Shown in pieces: positions 28,560-40,687 of a stretch of DNA of 64,000 nt. The stretch lies in contig CAIYPG010000118.1 in NCBI GenBank assembly GCA_903928055.1, positions 84,097 through 148,096 of the forward strand, written 5' to 3'. The notes below the pieces were generated by a model that was given only the letters and a program-made list of their open reading frames with translations, did no database searches and was not told where the DNA came from. How positions within the stretch are numbered: the first letter of the stretch is position 1; every line of letters begins with the position of its first letter. The stretch comes from an uncultured beta proteobacterium. GTDB taxonomy: Bacteria > Pseudomonadota > Gammaproteobacteria > Burkholderiales > SG8-39. A program made the translations under genes and the position numbers.

Positions 28560-29870
28560 ATGTTCAGCTCTGCACAGCGTCTGCTCGCGATCCTGCCGAT
28601 CCTGCTCCTGGCACTGGCCGGCACACTTGCGACAGCAGATGGAGCAGCCGCTGAGTCACCCACCACGCTGCCCAATATTGCCTTCTACTACGGCAAACAG
28701 CCGCCACTGGATGAGTTGTCGGCATTCGACATGGTAGTGGTCGAACCCGACAATGTCAGCCTGGCTGACCTGGCTGCGTCGCGCCCGGACGTGCCCTCCA
28801 GGGGCCCGGGCTGGCTGGGACAGCACACCGAACTTCTCGCCTACGTTTCAGTGGGTGAGCTGCATCCCACACGGGCTTACTTCAATCAGCTGCCCGCTAC
28901 ATGGCGCGCCGGAACCAACCCGGCGTGGAACAGCGTGGTCATCGACCAGTCGCAGCCTGACTGGCCCGCATGGTTCGTCGAGCATGCAGTGGCGCCGCTG
29001 TGGCAGGCCGGATACCGCGGCTTTTTCCTCGACACACTGGACTCCTTCAACCTGGTGGCGAAGACCGACGCCGAACGCGCGCGGCAGGCGGAGGGGCTGG
29101 CGCGCACGGTACGCGCCATCAAGGCGGCCTTTCCCGAAGCCAAACTGGTCTTCAACCGCGGCTTCGAAATACTGCCGCAGGTGCACGAGCTGGCCGCGGC
29201 GGTGGCGGCGGAGTCGTTGTTCCAGGGCTGGAACGCGGAAATCAATAATTATCAGGAAGTATCTGATGCCGACCGTTCATGGCTTCTTGGCCAGCTGAAT
29301 GTTATCAAGGATAAATACCATCTTCCGGTCATCGCCATTGACTACGTGGCCCCCGGAAAGCGTGACCTGGCACGCGATACCGCGCGGCGCATTGCCGCAC
29401 TGGGCTATGTGCCCTGGGTCACCAACCCGGCGCTGGACATGCTGGGCGTGGGCGCCATTGAAGTGATGCCACGCAAGGTGCTGGTCCTGTACGACGGGCA
29501 ATCCAGCGATGTCGGCGTGACCTATGAGCCTGCGCACCGCTTCCTGGCCATGCCGCTCAACTATCTGGGTTATACGGTTGTCTACCAGGAGGCCAGAAAG
29601 CCCCTGCCCACGCATGTGCTGGCGGGCCGGTACGCCGGCATCGTCACCTTGTTTGCCGCAGACACGCCCTCTCCCGGCATTGCGCCTTTTCTGAAATCCG
29701 CGATCAGCCAGGGGCTCAGGATCGCTTCGTTCGGCACGCTGGGCGTGCCGCGAGGCGAAGTGCTGCGGGACACATTGGGCCTCTTGGCACGCGACCCCGA
29801 ACGCGCACCGGTCCGCCGCACGCTGAATTGCAACACAGTTCGGCTGGCCACTCCGCCATACGGCGAGTAG
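28560..29870 (+). CDS. Secreted PelA-N-terminal-like (GH114/GH166-type TIM-barrel) polysaccharide hydrolase, apparently C-terminally short
   Basis: Signal peptide MFSSAQRLLAILPILLLALAGTLATADG. IAFYYGKQPPLDELSAFDMVVVEP, AYVSVGE, GYRGFFLDTLDSF, FNRGFEILPQ, AVAAESLF and VIAIDYV resemble my memory of the PelA hydrolase domain. At 436 aa it contains no deacetylase domain. The ATG at 28560 is preferred to the ORF-track start at 28386. Confidence 0.5.
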   Translation: MFSSAQRLLAILPILLLALAGTLATADGAAAESPTTLPNIAFYYGKQPPLDELSAFDMVVVEPDNVSLADLAASRPDVPSRGPGWLGQHTELLAYVSVGELHPTRAYFNQLPATWRAGTNPAWNSVVIDQSQPDWPAWFVEHAVAPLWQAGYRGFFLDTLDSFNLVAKTDAERARQAEGLARTVRAIKAAFPEAKLVFNRGFEILPQVHELAAAVAAESLFQGWNAEINNYQEVSDADRSWLLGQLNVIKDKYHLPVIAIDYVAPGKRDLARDTARRIAALGYVPWVTNPALDMLGVGAIEVMPRKVLVLYDGQSSDVGVTYEPAHRFLAMPLNYLGYTVVYQEARKPLPTHVLAGRYAGIVTLFAADTPSPGIAPFLKSAISQGLRIASFGTLGVPRGEVLRDTLGLLARDPERAPVRRTLNCNTVRLATPPYGE

Positions 29871-29905
29871 AATAATTCTCATTCGCACAATTTCCGGAGG
29901 GTGAT

Positions 29906-30637
29906 ATGCGGTCCCTGTTCGGTTTCCTGCTGACGGTATTCATCTCGTTCCAGCCCGTGCATGCGGTGAATTTCCTGACCGAAGATAACCCCCCGCTGAA
30001 CTTCACGCGGGACGGCAAGCTTGATGGCATTTCCACTGCAGTGATCGTGGAGATGGCGCGCCGTGCCGGCGTCCCGGCACAGACCAGCCTGATCTCCTGG
30101 AGCGAAGCCTATTCCCGCGCCCAGGTCGAAGCCGACGCCTGCGTCTATTCCACCGCCCGCCTCAACTCGCGCAACAACCTGTTCCAGTGGATCGGCCCGA
30201 TCGCCCGCGGATACTGGTCGGCGTTCGCGCTGGATGGGTTCAATGAGAAAATTACCAAGGTGGACGACCTCAAGGCATTCCGCATCGGCATCGTGCGCGA
30301 TGCCCGGGCCGACTACCTGCGGGAACGCAATTTCACCAAGCTGCTGGAAGTGGATCGCGACCGCGACAATCCCGCGAAGCTGACCCTTGAGCGCAACAAG
30401 CCGGGCGGCATTGACCTCTGGGTGACGCAGGGCTACACCGCGCGTGATGTCGCCCGGGAGGCAGGGGTGCCCGGCGTAAAAGAGGTATTCTCCGCAATCA
30501 TGAGCCAGGACTACTGGCTGGCCTGCAATCCGCAGATGCCACGGGAGACGGTGCGCGCCCTGTCCAACGCGCTGAATGAAATGAAGCGCGATGGCAGCCA
30601 TCGCAAACTGACGGAACTGCCGCGCAACACGCAATGA
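29906..30637 (+). CDS. Periplasmic solute-binding protein (family 3, amino-acid-type SBP)
   Basis: 243 aa with a signal peptide ending VHA and an SBP_bac_3-like pattern (NFLTEDNPPLNFTRDGKLDGIS...WSEAY). Confidence 0.7.
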   Translation: MRSLFGFLLTVFISFQPVHAVNFLTEDNPPLNFTRDGKLDGISTAVIVEMARRAGVPAQTSLISWSEAYSRAQVEADACVYSTARLNSRNNLFQWIGPIARGYWSAFALDGFNEKITKVDDLKAFRIGIVRDARADYLRERNFTKLLEVDRDRDNPAKLTLERNKPGGIDLWVTQGYTARDVAREAGVPGVKEVFSAIMSQDYWLACNPQMPRETVRALSNALNEMKRDGSHRKLTELPRNTQ

Positions 30638-31260
30638 CCCTTCACCAAACAACGAACAAATCAACGTCAACAGGATCGAACATGGCTTCTGGCAACTCCA
30701 CGGGAAATGCAGCCGGCAACACCGACGACAACACGCTGATCTTTGCGCTGATCGCGCTGGCCATCGCCGGACGGCTGATTCCGCATCCGGACAATTTCAC
30801 GCCGGTTGCTGCGATGGCCCTGTTCGCCGGCGCACTGCTGCCCGGATGGCGCGCCAGCGCCGCCGTACTGACCGCGCTGGTGGTCAGCGATGTGTTGCTC
30901 GGCTTCGCGCCCGATGTATTCAGCGTGGCGGTGTACGCCGGATTTCTCGCCAGCATCGCGCTGGGGCGCTGGCTGGGCGCGCAGCGCACCGTGCTGAAGA
31001 CCGCATCGGCCGCGATCGGCGGTTCGCTGATTTTTTTCATTATTACCAATTTTTCGGTATGGGCCATGCCGGAAGCGCATGGTGGCGTGAATTATGATCA
31101 CGGCCTGACCGGCCTGATCGACTGCTACGTGGCCGCGCTGCCCTTCCTGCGCAATGCGCTGGCCGGTGACCTGTTCTGGGCGGCGCTGCTGTTCGGCCTG
31201 CATGACTTCAGTCGTGCGCGCCAGCTGCATGCCACCCCCATTCCGGTGCGGCACGACTGA
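30634..31260 (+). CDS. DUF6580-like polytopic membrane protein (putative transport component)
   Basis: The ATG overlaps the SBP stop (ATGA). It has an Asn/Ser/Thr/Gly-rich N-tail, then RLIPHPDNFTPVAAMALFAGALL and FFIITNFSVWA motifs as remembered for DUF6580, with about 5 TM helices. Confidence 0.55.
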   Translation: MTLHQTTNKSTSTGSNMASGNSTGNAAGNTDDNTLIFALIALAIAGRLIPHPDNFTPVAAMALFAGALLPGWRASAAVLTALVVSDVLLGFAPDVFSVAVYAGFLASIALGRWLGAQRTVLKTASAAIGGSLIFFIITNFSVWAMPEAHGGVNYDHGLTGLIDCYVAALPFLRNALAGDLFWAALLFGLHDFSRARQLHATPIPVRHD

Positions 31261-31343
31261 GAGTCTTTCCTGCCGCAATTGCAGGGTGGCGTGTTCACGC
31301 GCCACCCGCATCGACCGATCAGAGCTTCAAACGCTTCCCGTGA

Positions 31344-32510
31344 TCATGGCTGGCCGGGATTGGTGGAACCGTTCTCCAGCGAGAAGCTGATCCAGCCGCC
31401 GGCCCCCAGCAATGCCGCCGTCGCCCAGAACACCGGCAGCAGGCCGAACGCCGCGGCGACGGAGCCGAAGATCACCGGACTGATCACCTTGGTCAGGTGA
31501 TTGGAGGTGATCTTCAGGCCCACCGCTTCGCCCGATCGGCCGGGAGGCGAATTGCTGAACATGAGCATGGTGATGATGGGGCCGGTGCAGCCCAGGCCCA
31601 GGCCGACGGCGAACGAGATCATGCCCAGCACCACGGCATTGGCAAACAGCGGCAGCAGGATCAGCCCGGTCGCCCCCATAAAGAAGGCGTAGGCCAGCAG
31701 CCTCTGCTCCCCGAGGCGCGCGAGCATCCGTGGAATCGACATGCGCACGACAAAGGCCGCTGCCGCGTTTGCAGACAGCAGAAAGCCGATCACCGTTGCC
31801 GACAATCCGATGGCGTGGGCATAGACCGGCAGGTAGAACGTATAGAGGTTGTCACCGGCGCTCTGCAGGGCGCCGGCGGCCAGCGTCTTGCGTATGCCCG
31901 GACCGACCAGCAGGTCCATGACGCGTCCCGCTTTTTTCCGGGGCTGATCCTGAGGGTGCCTGGCGCCATTCAGGAGGGCTCCCCGGAACAGCAACATGCC
32001 GAGCGGGGCCAGCGTGATCACGGCAACCAGGACGCAGGTGAGCGCATGCCCGACATGGTCTATCGAGAATCCTGCAACCACCGGCCCCACCAGCGCGGCG
32101 GTCGAATTCATCATGGCGTAGTTCGCGTAGTCGCGGCTGCGGTTCTCGGGTTGTCCCAGCAGGCCCACCAGATTCTGCAGCGACACATTGAACACGGCTG
32201 TGCAGAATCCGCTCGCCATGGCGGCAGTGAAGATGGCCGGTGTGCCGGGGAACAACCAGGGCAGCAGCAGGCCCAGGCCGCCGGTGACGACGCCGACGAC
32301 CATGGGCTTGCGCGCGCCCACGCGGTCAACCAGCCGGCCGACAGACACGGACAAGGCACCGGGGAAAACGGAGAAGGTGGCTGCCAGCAGGCCAACGGTC
32401 AGTGGCTGGGCACCCAGATCGAGCAGGTACAGCGCAAGCAGAACCCGCGACGCCTGCACGGCGATCCCGTTGAGCAGGGTCAGGGCCAGGACGAGATTCA
32501 CTGCGCTCAT
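31344..32510 (-). CDS. MFS transporter
   Basis: About 12 TM helices and an MFS loop motif GRLVDRVGARKP between TM2 and TM3. The ATG at 32510 (MSAVNLVLALTLLNG) is preferred over the ORF-track start at 32636, whose extension is Arg/Pro-rich. Confidence 0.8.
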   Translation of the reverse strand: MSAVNLVLALTLLNGIAVQASRVLLALYLLDLGAQPLTVGLLAATFSVFPGALSVSVGRLVDRVGARKPMVVGVVTGGLGLLLPWLFPGTPAIFTAAMASGFCTAVFNVSLQNLVGLLGQPENRSRDYANYAMMNSTAALVGPVVAGFSIDHVGHALTCVLVAVITLAPLGMLLFRGALLNGARHPQDQPRKKAGRVMDLLVGPGIRKTLAAGALQSAGDNLYTFYLPVYAHAIGLSATVIGFLLSANAAAAFVVRMSIPRMLARLGEQRLLAYAFFMGATGLILLPLFANAVVLGMISFAVGLGLGCTGPIITMLMFSNSPPGRSGEAVGLKITSNHLTKVISPVIFGSVAAAFGLLPVFWATAALLGAGGWISFSLENGSTNPGQP

Positions 32511-32696
32511 TGCTCTGCGCAGGTCTGTCCGTGCGAAACGGCGCGCCTGCTCCTGTATGGGGAATGCCCGATCTAAAAGGGGAGATCCCGGAACACGGCC
32601 TCCCCGCTCGCGAGGCCTGATTCTACGACATGGCACATGCCATGCCCTGGCTGCGGATGCTTTCCATCTTTCAGCGACGGGTGAACATCATGGTCT

Positions 32697-33056
32697 ATGC
32701 TCCCGGCCATGATTGAGTGCGTCTCCGCCCCGGGCAACCCCTGTCAGCAATGCGGCGCATGCTGCAGCAATTTCCGTGTTTCCTTCTACTGGTCCGAAGC
32801 AGCACGGGCTCTGCCGGAGAACCTGACCGAGAAGCTGAATCCGTGGATGAGCTGCATGGCCGGCACCAATCAGGACGCACCGCGCTGCCGGGCACTGCAG
32901 GGTGAAGTCGGTACTGAAGTCAGCTGCGGCATTTACGAGCATCGTCCCTCGCCCTGCCGCGAAGTACGGCCCGGCGATGAAAAGTGCGCGACTGCACGGG
33001 CCCGGCACGGGCTGGCGCCGTTGCCGGAAATTGACAATAAGCCCTTGAATCGTTAA
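32697..33056 (+). CDS. YkgJ-family (UPF0153) Cys-cluster protein
   Basis: CQQCGACCSNFRVSFYW (CxxCxxCC) plus downstream C..C..C residues. Confidence 0.8.
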   Translation: MLPAMIECVSAPGNPCQQCGACCSNFRVSFYWSEAARALPENLTEKLNPWMSCMAGTNQDAPRCRALQGEVGTEVSCGIYEHRPSPCREVRPGDEKCATARARHGLAPLPEIDNKPLNR

Positions 33057-33141
33057 TGTTCTGTCTCGCGCCGATTTGAATTCAGCTTGCGGGCGCCTCC
33101 CGGTTCAGCGGTGAGACAAATAAATGCGGCTAAAGCGAGGG

Positions 33142-33195
33142 AAACCCGTTTAGCTGCATTTGCGAAAAATGCGCATGCTGAGCGGGTTTTTTATT
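33142..33195 (+). terminator. Long hairpin plus T-run, intrinsic terminator between ykgJ and metH
   Basis: aaacccgtttagc (33142-54) pairs with gctgagcgggttt (33177-89), including two G-U pairs. An inner gcattt/aaatgc stem is present, followed by ttttttattt. Confidence 0.6.
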
Positions 33196-33224
33196 TGGGG
33201 AATGCTTCCCTCACCCCCGGCCCC

Positions 33225-33246
33225 TCTCCCCGAGGGCGAGGGGAGA
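33225..33246. repeat. REP-like GC palindrome immediately upstream of metH
   Basis: tctcccc-gagggcga-ggggaga. The sequence type (ccctctccccgagggcgaggggag) resembles extragenic palindromes common in proteobacteria. There is only one copy in this window. Confidence 0.3.
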
Positions 33247-33262
33247 ACGGCACAGGTAATTG

Positions 33263-36982
<3,720 letters not shown>

Positions 36983-37070
36983 GCCGCTGCGGCAGGCCCC
37001 GGGTCTGCCGCAGCGGCATTCTTGCCAACAACAACTCACCACCCGCCACGGCGGAGAACCTTCCTGACCC

Positions 37071-37544
37071 ATGACCATCGCCTACGACATCAAGCTGCTG
37101 AAGGACATCACCCTGTTTCCCGTGATCGTCCGTGAAAACATGCGCTTTCGCGACACCGACGGCAACGGCCACGTCAACAATGCCGTGTACGCCACCTACC
37201 TCGAACTGGCGCGCGGCCGCACCCGTCGCCAGCTGCTCTCCGCGCGGCCGGCGGGCACGGCCTCGGTGGTTGGCAAGCAGCTCATCAACTACCTGCGCGA
37301 ACTGCATTACCCGGGCGTGCTGGACATCGGCACAGCCATCGTTCACGTCACGCGCAGCACCTGGACCTGGGGTCACGGCGTGTTCAAGGACGGCGTGTGC
37401 TACGCCACCGGCGAAGTGACGATGGTGATGATCGACAAAAGCGCCCGGAAAGCCGGGGAAATCCCCAAAGAGTTCCGTGATAGTCTGGAAAAACTGAGAC
37501 TGAAAAAAACCGAATCCCCCATCATCATCACTTCGGACGTGTAA
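37071..37544 (+). CDS. Acyl-CoA thioesterase (hotdog fold, 4HBT/YbgC-like)
   Basis: The pattern VIVRENMRFRDTDGNGHVNNAVYATYLELAR is typical of YbgC/4HBT thioesterases. Confidence 0.8.
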   Translation: MTIAYDIKLLKDITLFPVIVRENMRFRDTDGNGHVNNAVYATYLELARGRTRRQLLSARPAGTASVVGKQLINYLRELHYPGVLDIGTAIVHVTRSTWTWGHGVFKDGVCYATGEVTMVMIDKSARKAGEIPKEFRDSLEKLRLKKTESPIIITSDV

Positions 37545-37892
37545 ATGACCATCCAGCGCTACAACCCGCAGAAAATCCTGTGCGATGCGACCGAATACAA
37601 CGGCATCGTCTATACCGCAGGACAGGTCGCTACTGACTTGTCCCAGGACGTGCGCGGACAGACCGAGCAGGTGCTGAAAGCGATCGATGAGGTGCTGGCG
37701 CAGGCCGGCACTGCGAAATCGAAGATCCTCTCCGCCAGCATCTGGCTCTCAGACATCCGCAACCGCGAGCACATGAACAAGGTGTGGCTGGCCTGGGTCG
37801 ATCCGGACAACCTGCCGGCCCGCGCCACCGTCGAGGCGAAACTCGCCGATCCGCGCATGCTGGTGGAAATCGCCGTCATCTGCGCGAAGTAG
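37545..37892 (+). CDS. RidA/YjgF-family protein
   Basis: 115 aa, ...YNGIVYTAGQVA...PARATVEAKLADPRMLVEIAVI.., starting directly after the thioesterase stop. Confidence 0.8.
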   Translation: MTIQRYNPQKILCDATEYNGIVYTAGQVATDLSQDVRGQTEQVLKAIDEVLAQAGTAKSKILSASIWLSDIRNREHMNKVWLAWVDPDNLPARATVEAKLADPRMLVEIAVICAK

Positions 37893-37894
37893 CA

Positions 37895-38419
37895 ATGCAC
37901 GGCAGCCTGCGTTTCCGGGCGCGCCCGCTGTCCTGGTCACTGCCATGGCTACTGTCGCTGCTGTTGCTGTCCGGTTGTTACGCCGACCTCGACTGGCGCG
38001 AGCTGAAATCCACCGAAGGCGGCTTCAAGGTACTGATGCCGGCCCGGGCGCGGGAAACATCCGGTCCGGCCACCGGCGGCGCAACGCTGATCCTGTGGAC
38101 CACCGAGGCCGGTGGCGCGGTATTCGGCGCAGGCCATGCCGACTATCCCGCCGGGGCGGCGGCGCAACTTACCACATCGCGCGACTGGCTGGCGCGCAAT
38201 GTGCGCGGCAAGGTGACTGCAGATCAGGAAGCGAAAATCGCCAATCTGTCCGGACGCGCCATCACCATTGATGGCTTTGCGGCGGACGGCACGCCGCGCG
38301 TGGTGCATGCGCGCCTGTATGCCAGCGGACAGCGGCTTTTTGAACTGGCGGTCATCGCCAAACCGGGGGCCATTTCCGCCGCTGATCTGGACATGTTCTT
38401 CGGCTCATTCGAGCCTTGA
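37895..38419 (+). CDS. Hypothetical lipoprotein
   Basis: MHGSLRFRARPLSWSLPWLLSLLLLSGC has a lipobox. The ATG lies 2 nt after the RidA stop. No family was recognised. Confidence 0.55.
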   Translation: MHGSLRFRARPLSWSLPWLLSLLLLSGCYADLDWRELKSTEGGFKVLMPARARETSGPATGGATLILWTTEAGGAVFGAGHADYPAGAAAQLTTSRDWLARNVRGKVTADQEAKIANLSGRAITIDGFAADGTPRVVHARLYASGQRLFELAVIAKPGAISAADLDMFFGSFEP

Positions 38420-38441
38420 TGATAATGATCATTTTCATAAT
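38417..38441. promoter_or_regulatory. Fur/Zur-box-like AT palindrome
   Basis: TGATGATAATGATCATTTTCATAAT. The core GATAATGA|TCATTTTC is a 7/8 palindrome and matches GATAATGATAATCATTATC at 14 of 19 positions by eye. Confidence 0.3.
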
Positions 38442-38511
38442 TTATTCAATCAATCAATAGGATGAATTAAACAATTATGATCAGATCGTTTCAGCACAAA
38501 CCCGGACCGGC

Positions 38512-39147
38512 TCACCCTCCACTGTAAAAATGCGGCCGCACCTCGCGGGCAGGCATGTCGAGCAGGGCGGTATCCAGGCCGGCAAATGCAGCCTTCGCGA
38601 TCGTCGCCCGCGGTGCGAGCATGGCCAGATTGCGCTCCAGGGAAGCCATTCCGTCGCCGTTGGTCTTCCCACCCGGATGCAGCGCAATGACGTCGGCCCG
38701 GGCGATGCGTTCACGATCCAGGTCGTGCGCCAGAGGCGCCCCGGCATGTTGTGCGGCATTCAGCACCAGGATCGTGGCCCGCACCTCCAGGACCGGTGCG
38801 AGCCAGCGATCAGCCAGCTGCTTGAGCACTTCGTGGATGCGCGCCTGGCTGGACGGCTCGATCAGCAGTCGCTGCGGCCGCGCCTCGCGCAACAGCCGTG
38901 TCAGGGCAACGCGCAATCCGACCTGCGCCGAGCAGCAGATGCAGCCGTCAGCCATCAGGCTGAAGCGCACGCCATCCTGCTCGGGTTCTGGCGTCTGCTC
39001 TCCCGCTGCGGGAACATCGTTGTAGAGCACCGCCCAGCACTGGTCCGCGGGGCGCTGCGCCAGCAGGCGGCGTATCACGCTGCTCTTGCCCGCGCCGCGC
39101 CGGCCGGTGATGAGGTTGACGGGAACGGCGTGCAGCGGCTCGGGCAT
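38512..39147 (-). CDS. COG0523/CobW-family G3E GTPase, GTPase domain only
   Basis: P-loop GRRGAGKS, the family CxCC motif (GCICCS) and LLIEPSS (switch/Walker B-like). At 211 aa it has no CobW C-terminal domain. Confidence 0.7.
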   Translation of the reverse strand: MPEPLHAVPVNLITGRRGAGKSSVIRRLLAQRPADQCWAVLYNDVPAAGEQTPEPEQDGVRFSLMADGCICCSAQVGLRVALTRLLREARPQRLLIEPSSQARIHEVLKQLADRWLAPVLEVRATILVLNAAQHAGAPLAHDLDRERIARADVIALHPGGKTNGDGMASLERNLAMLAPRATIAKAAFAGLDTALLDMPAREVRPHFYSGG

Positions 39148-39172
39148 TGACGTCGCAGGCGCCGGACCGGAC

Positions 39173-40630
39173 TTATTCGCGCCAGAACTGGGGCGAGAAC
39201 ACCACGATCAGCGTGAACACTTCCAGGCGCCCGAGCAGCATGCCCAGGGTGCACAGCCAGGTCTGGTAGTCATTCAACACCGCAAATGTTCCGGAGGGTC
39301 CGACCTGTCCCAGGCCGGGGCCGGTGTTGTTGATGCAGGCCAGCGCGGCCGACAGCGCGGTCAGCAGGTCGAGGCCGGACAGGGCGAGCAGCAGCACCAG
39401 CACGACGATGCTCAGGCCATAGAACGACATGAAGGCGAGGACCGCGAACACGATCTGGTTCGGCACCACCTGGCCACCAACCTTGAGCGGGACGCGCGCG
39501 CTGGGATGCAGCAGCAGCGTGACTTCGCGGTACATCTGCTTGGCCATGAGCAGAACCCGGATCATCTTGATGCCGCCGCCGGCCGAACCCGAACAGGTGC
39601 AGAAAGCGCCGAGCAGCAGCATCCACAGCGGCGCAAACACCGGCCAGGTGCTGTAGTCGGTATTGGAAAAACCCTGTGTGGTCGCCACCGAAAACGTGTT
39701 GAAGAAGGCAAAGCGAAGCGCGGTGGGAAAAGTCGCATAGACATCGTTCATCCAGAGGAAGAACGCGAGCCCGAAGCCGCTCAGTACCAGGAGCGAGACA
39801 AAGAGCCGCGCCTCAGGAGCGCGCAGATAGGGCGCAATGCTGCGGCCCTTCCAGGCCGAGAAGTGGGTGACGAAGCTGAGGCCGGCGATGACCATGAACA
39901 CCATGGCCACCGCTTCCAGGGCCGGCGAGTTGAAATAGGCGAAGCTCGCATCGTGCGAGGAAAACCCGCCCAGCGACATGGTGCTGAACGCATGGATCAC
40001 CGCATCCATCCAGTCCATGCCGAAGACGCGGTAGGCCAGGATGCACGCCACCGTGAATGCAATGTAGATGACCCAGAAGCCCTTGGCCGTTTCGGTGATG
40101 CGCGGCGTGAGGCGCGTGTCCTTGAACGGACCGGGAATCTCGGCGCGGTAGAGTTGCCGGCCGCCAACGCCCAGCATGGGAAGAATGGCGACGGAAAGGA
40201 CGATGATGCCCAGCCCGCCGATCCAGTGCAGGATGGCGCGCCACAGGTTCAGCGATGGCGGCAGTTGATCGAGCCCGCTCAGCACCGTGGCACCGGTGGC
40301 AGTCAGCCCGGAAGCCGCCTCGAAATAGGCATCGGTGATGCTGAGGCCCGGAATCTGCAGGTAGAGCGGCAGCATGCCGATGGCCGGCAGCCCGACCCAG
40401 ATCATGACCACCAGCAGGAACCCGTCGTGTGAACTCAGTTCACGCCGGAAGACGCGGGTCGCACCCCATACCACCAGGCCGCCGCCCAGACATCCGACCA
40501 GGGTTTCCTCGTAGGCGGACAAGGCGCCATCGGCGAGGCCCCAGGACACGGCGATGGGCGCAAGCAGGGCCAGGCCGAACAGCATGACAATGCCGCCCAT
40601 GATGTGAACGAGGCTCAGTATCCTGACCAT
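39173..40630 (-). CDS. trkH: TrkH-family potassium uptake protein
   Basis: 485 aa, polytopic. TrkH motifs include TATGATV, SVATTQGFSN, STMSLGGFS and CINNTGPGLG. Confidence 0.9.
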   Translation of the reverse strand: MVRILSLVHIMGGIVMLFGLALLAPIAVSWGLADGALSAYEETLVGCLGGGLVVWGATRVFRRELSSHDGFLLVVMIWVGLPAIGMLPLYLQIPGLSITDAYFEAASGLTATGATVLSGLDQLPPSLNLWRAILHWIGGLGIIVLSVAILPMLGVGGRQLYRAEIPGPFKDTRLTPRITETAKGFWVIYIAFTVACILAYRVFGMDWMDAVIHAFSTMSLGGFSSHDASFAYFNSPALEAVAMVFMVIAGLSFVTHFSAWKGRSIAPYLRAPEARLFVSLLVLSGFGLAFFLWMNDVYATFPTALRFAFFNTFSVATTQGFSNTDYSTWPVFAPLWMLLLGAFCTCSGSAGGGIKMIRVLLMAKQMYREVTLLLHPSARVPLKVGGQVVPNQIVFAVLAFMSFYGLSIVVLVLLLALSGLDLLTALSAALACINNTGPGLGQVGPSGTFAVLNDYQTWLCTLGMLLGRLEVFTLIVVFSPQFWRE

Positions 40631-40687
40631 GTTGCCTGCTGTTCTGCCCGCTGTTCGGTCTGAGGTTCTGACAGGGTCTGCAGCCGA

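Noticed and set aside
33057-33262. Cobalamin or SAH riboswitch upstream of metH
   Set aside because: agggaaacccg superficially resembles the cobalamin-riboswitch GGGAA region. However, there is no B12 box and no GGTG...CC pairing partner. The SAH-riboswitch core is also absent in the metH orientation. An Rfam scan would be decisive.
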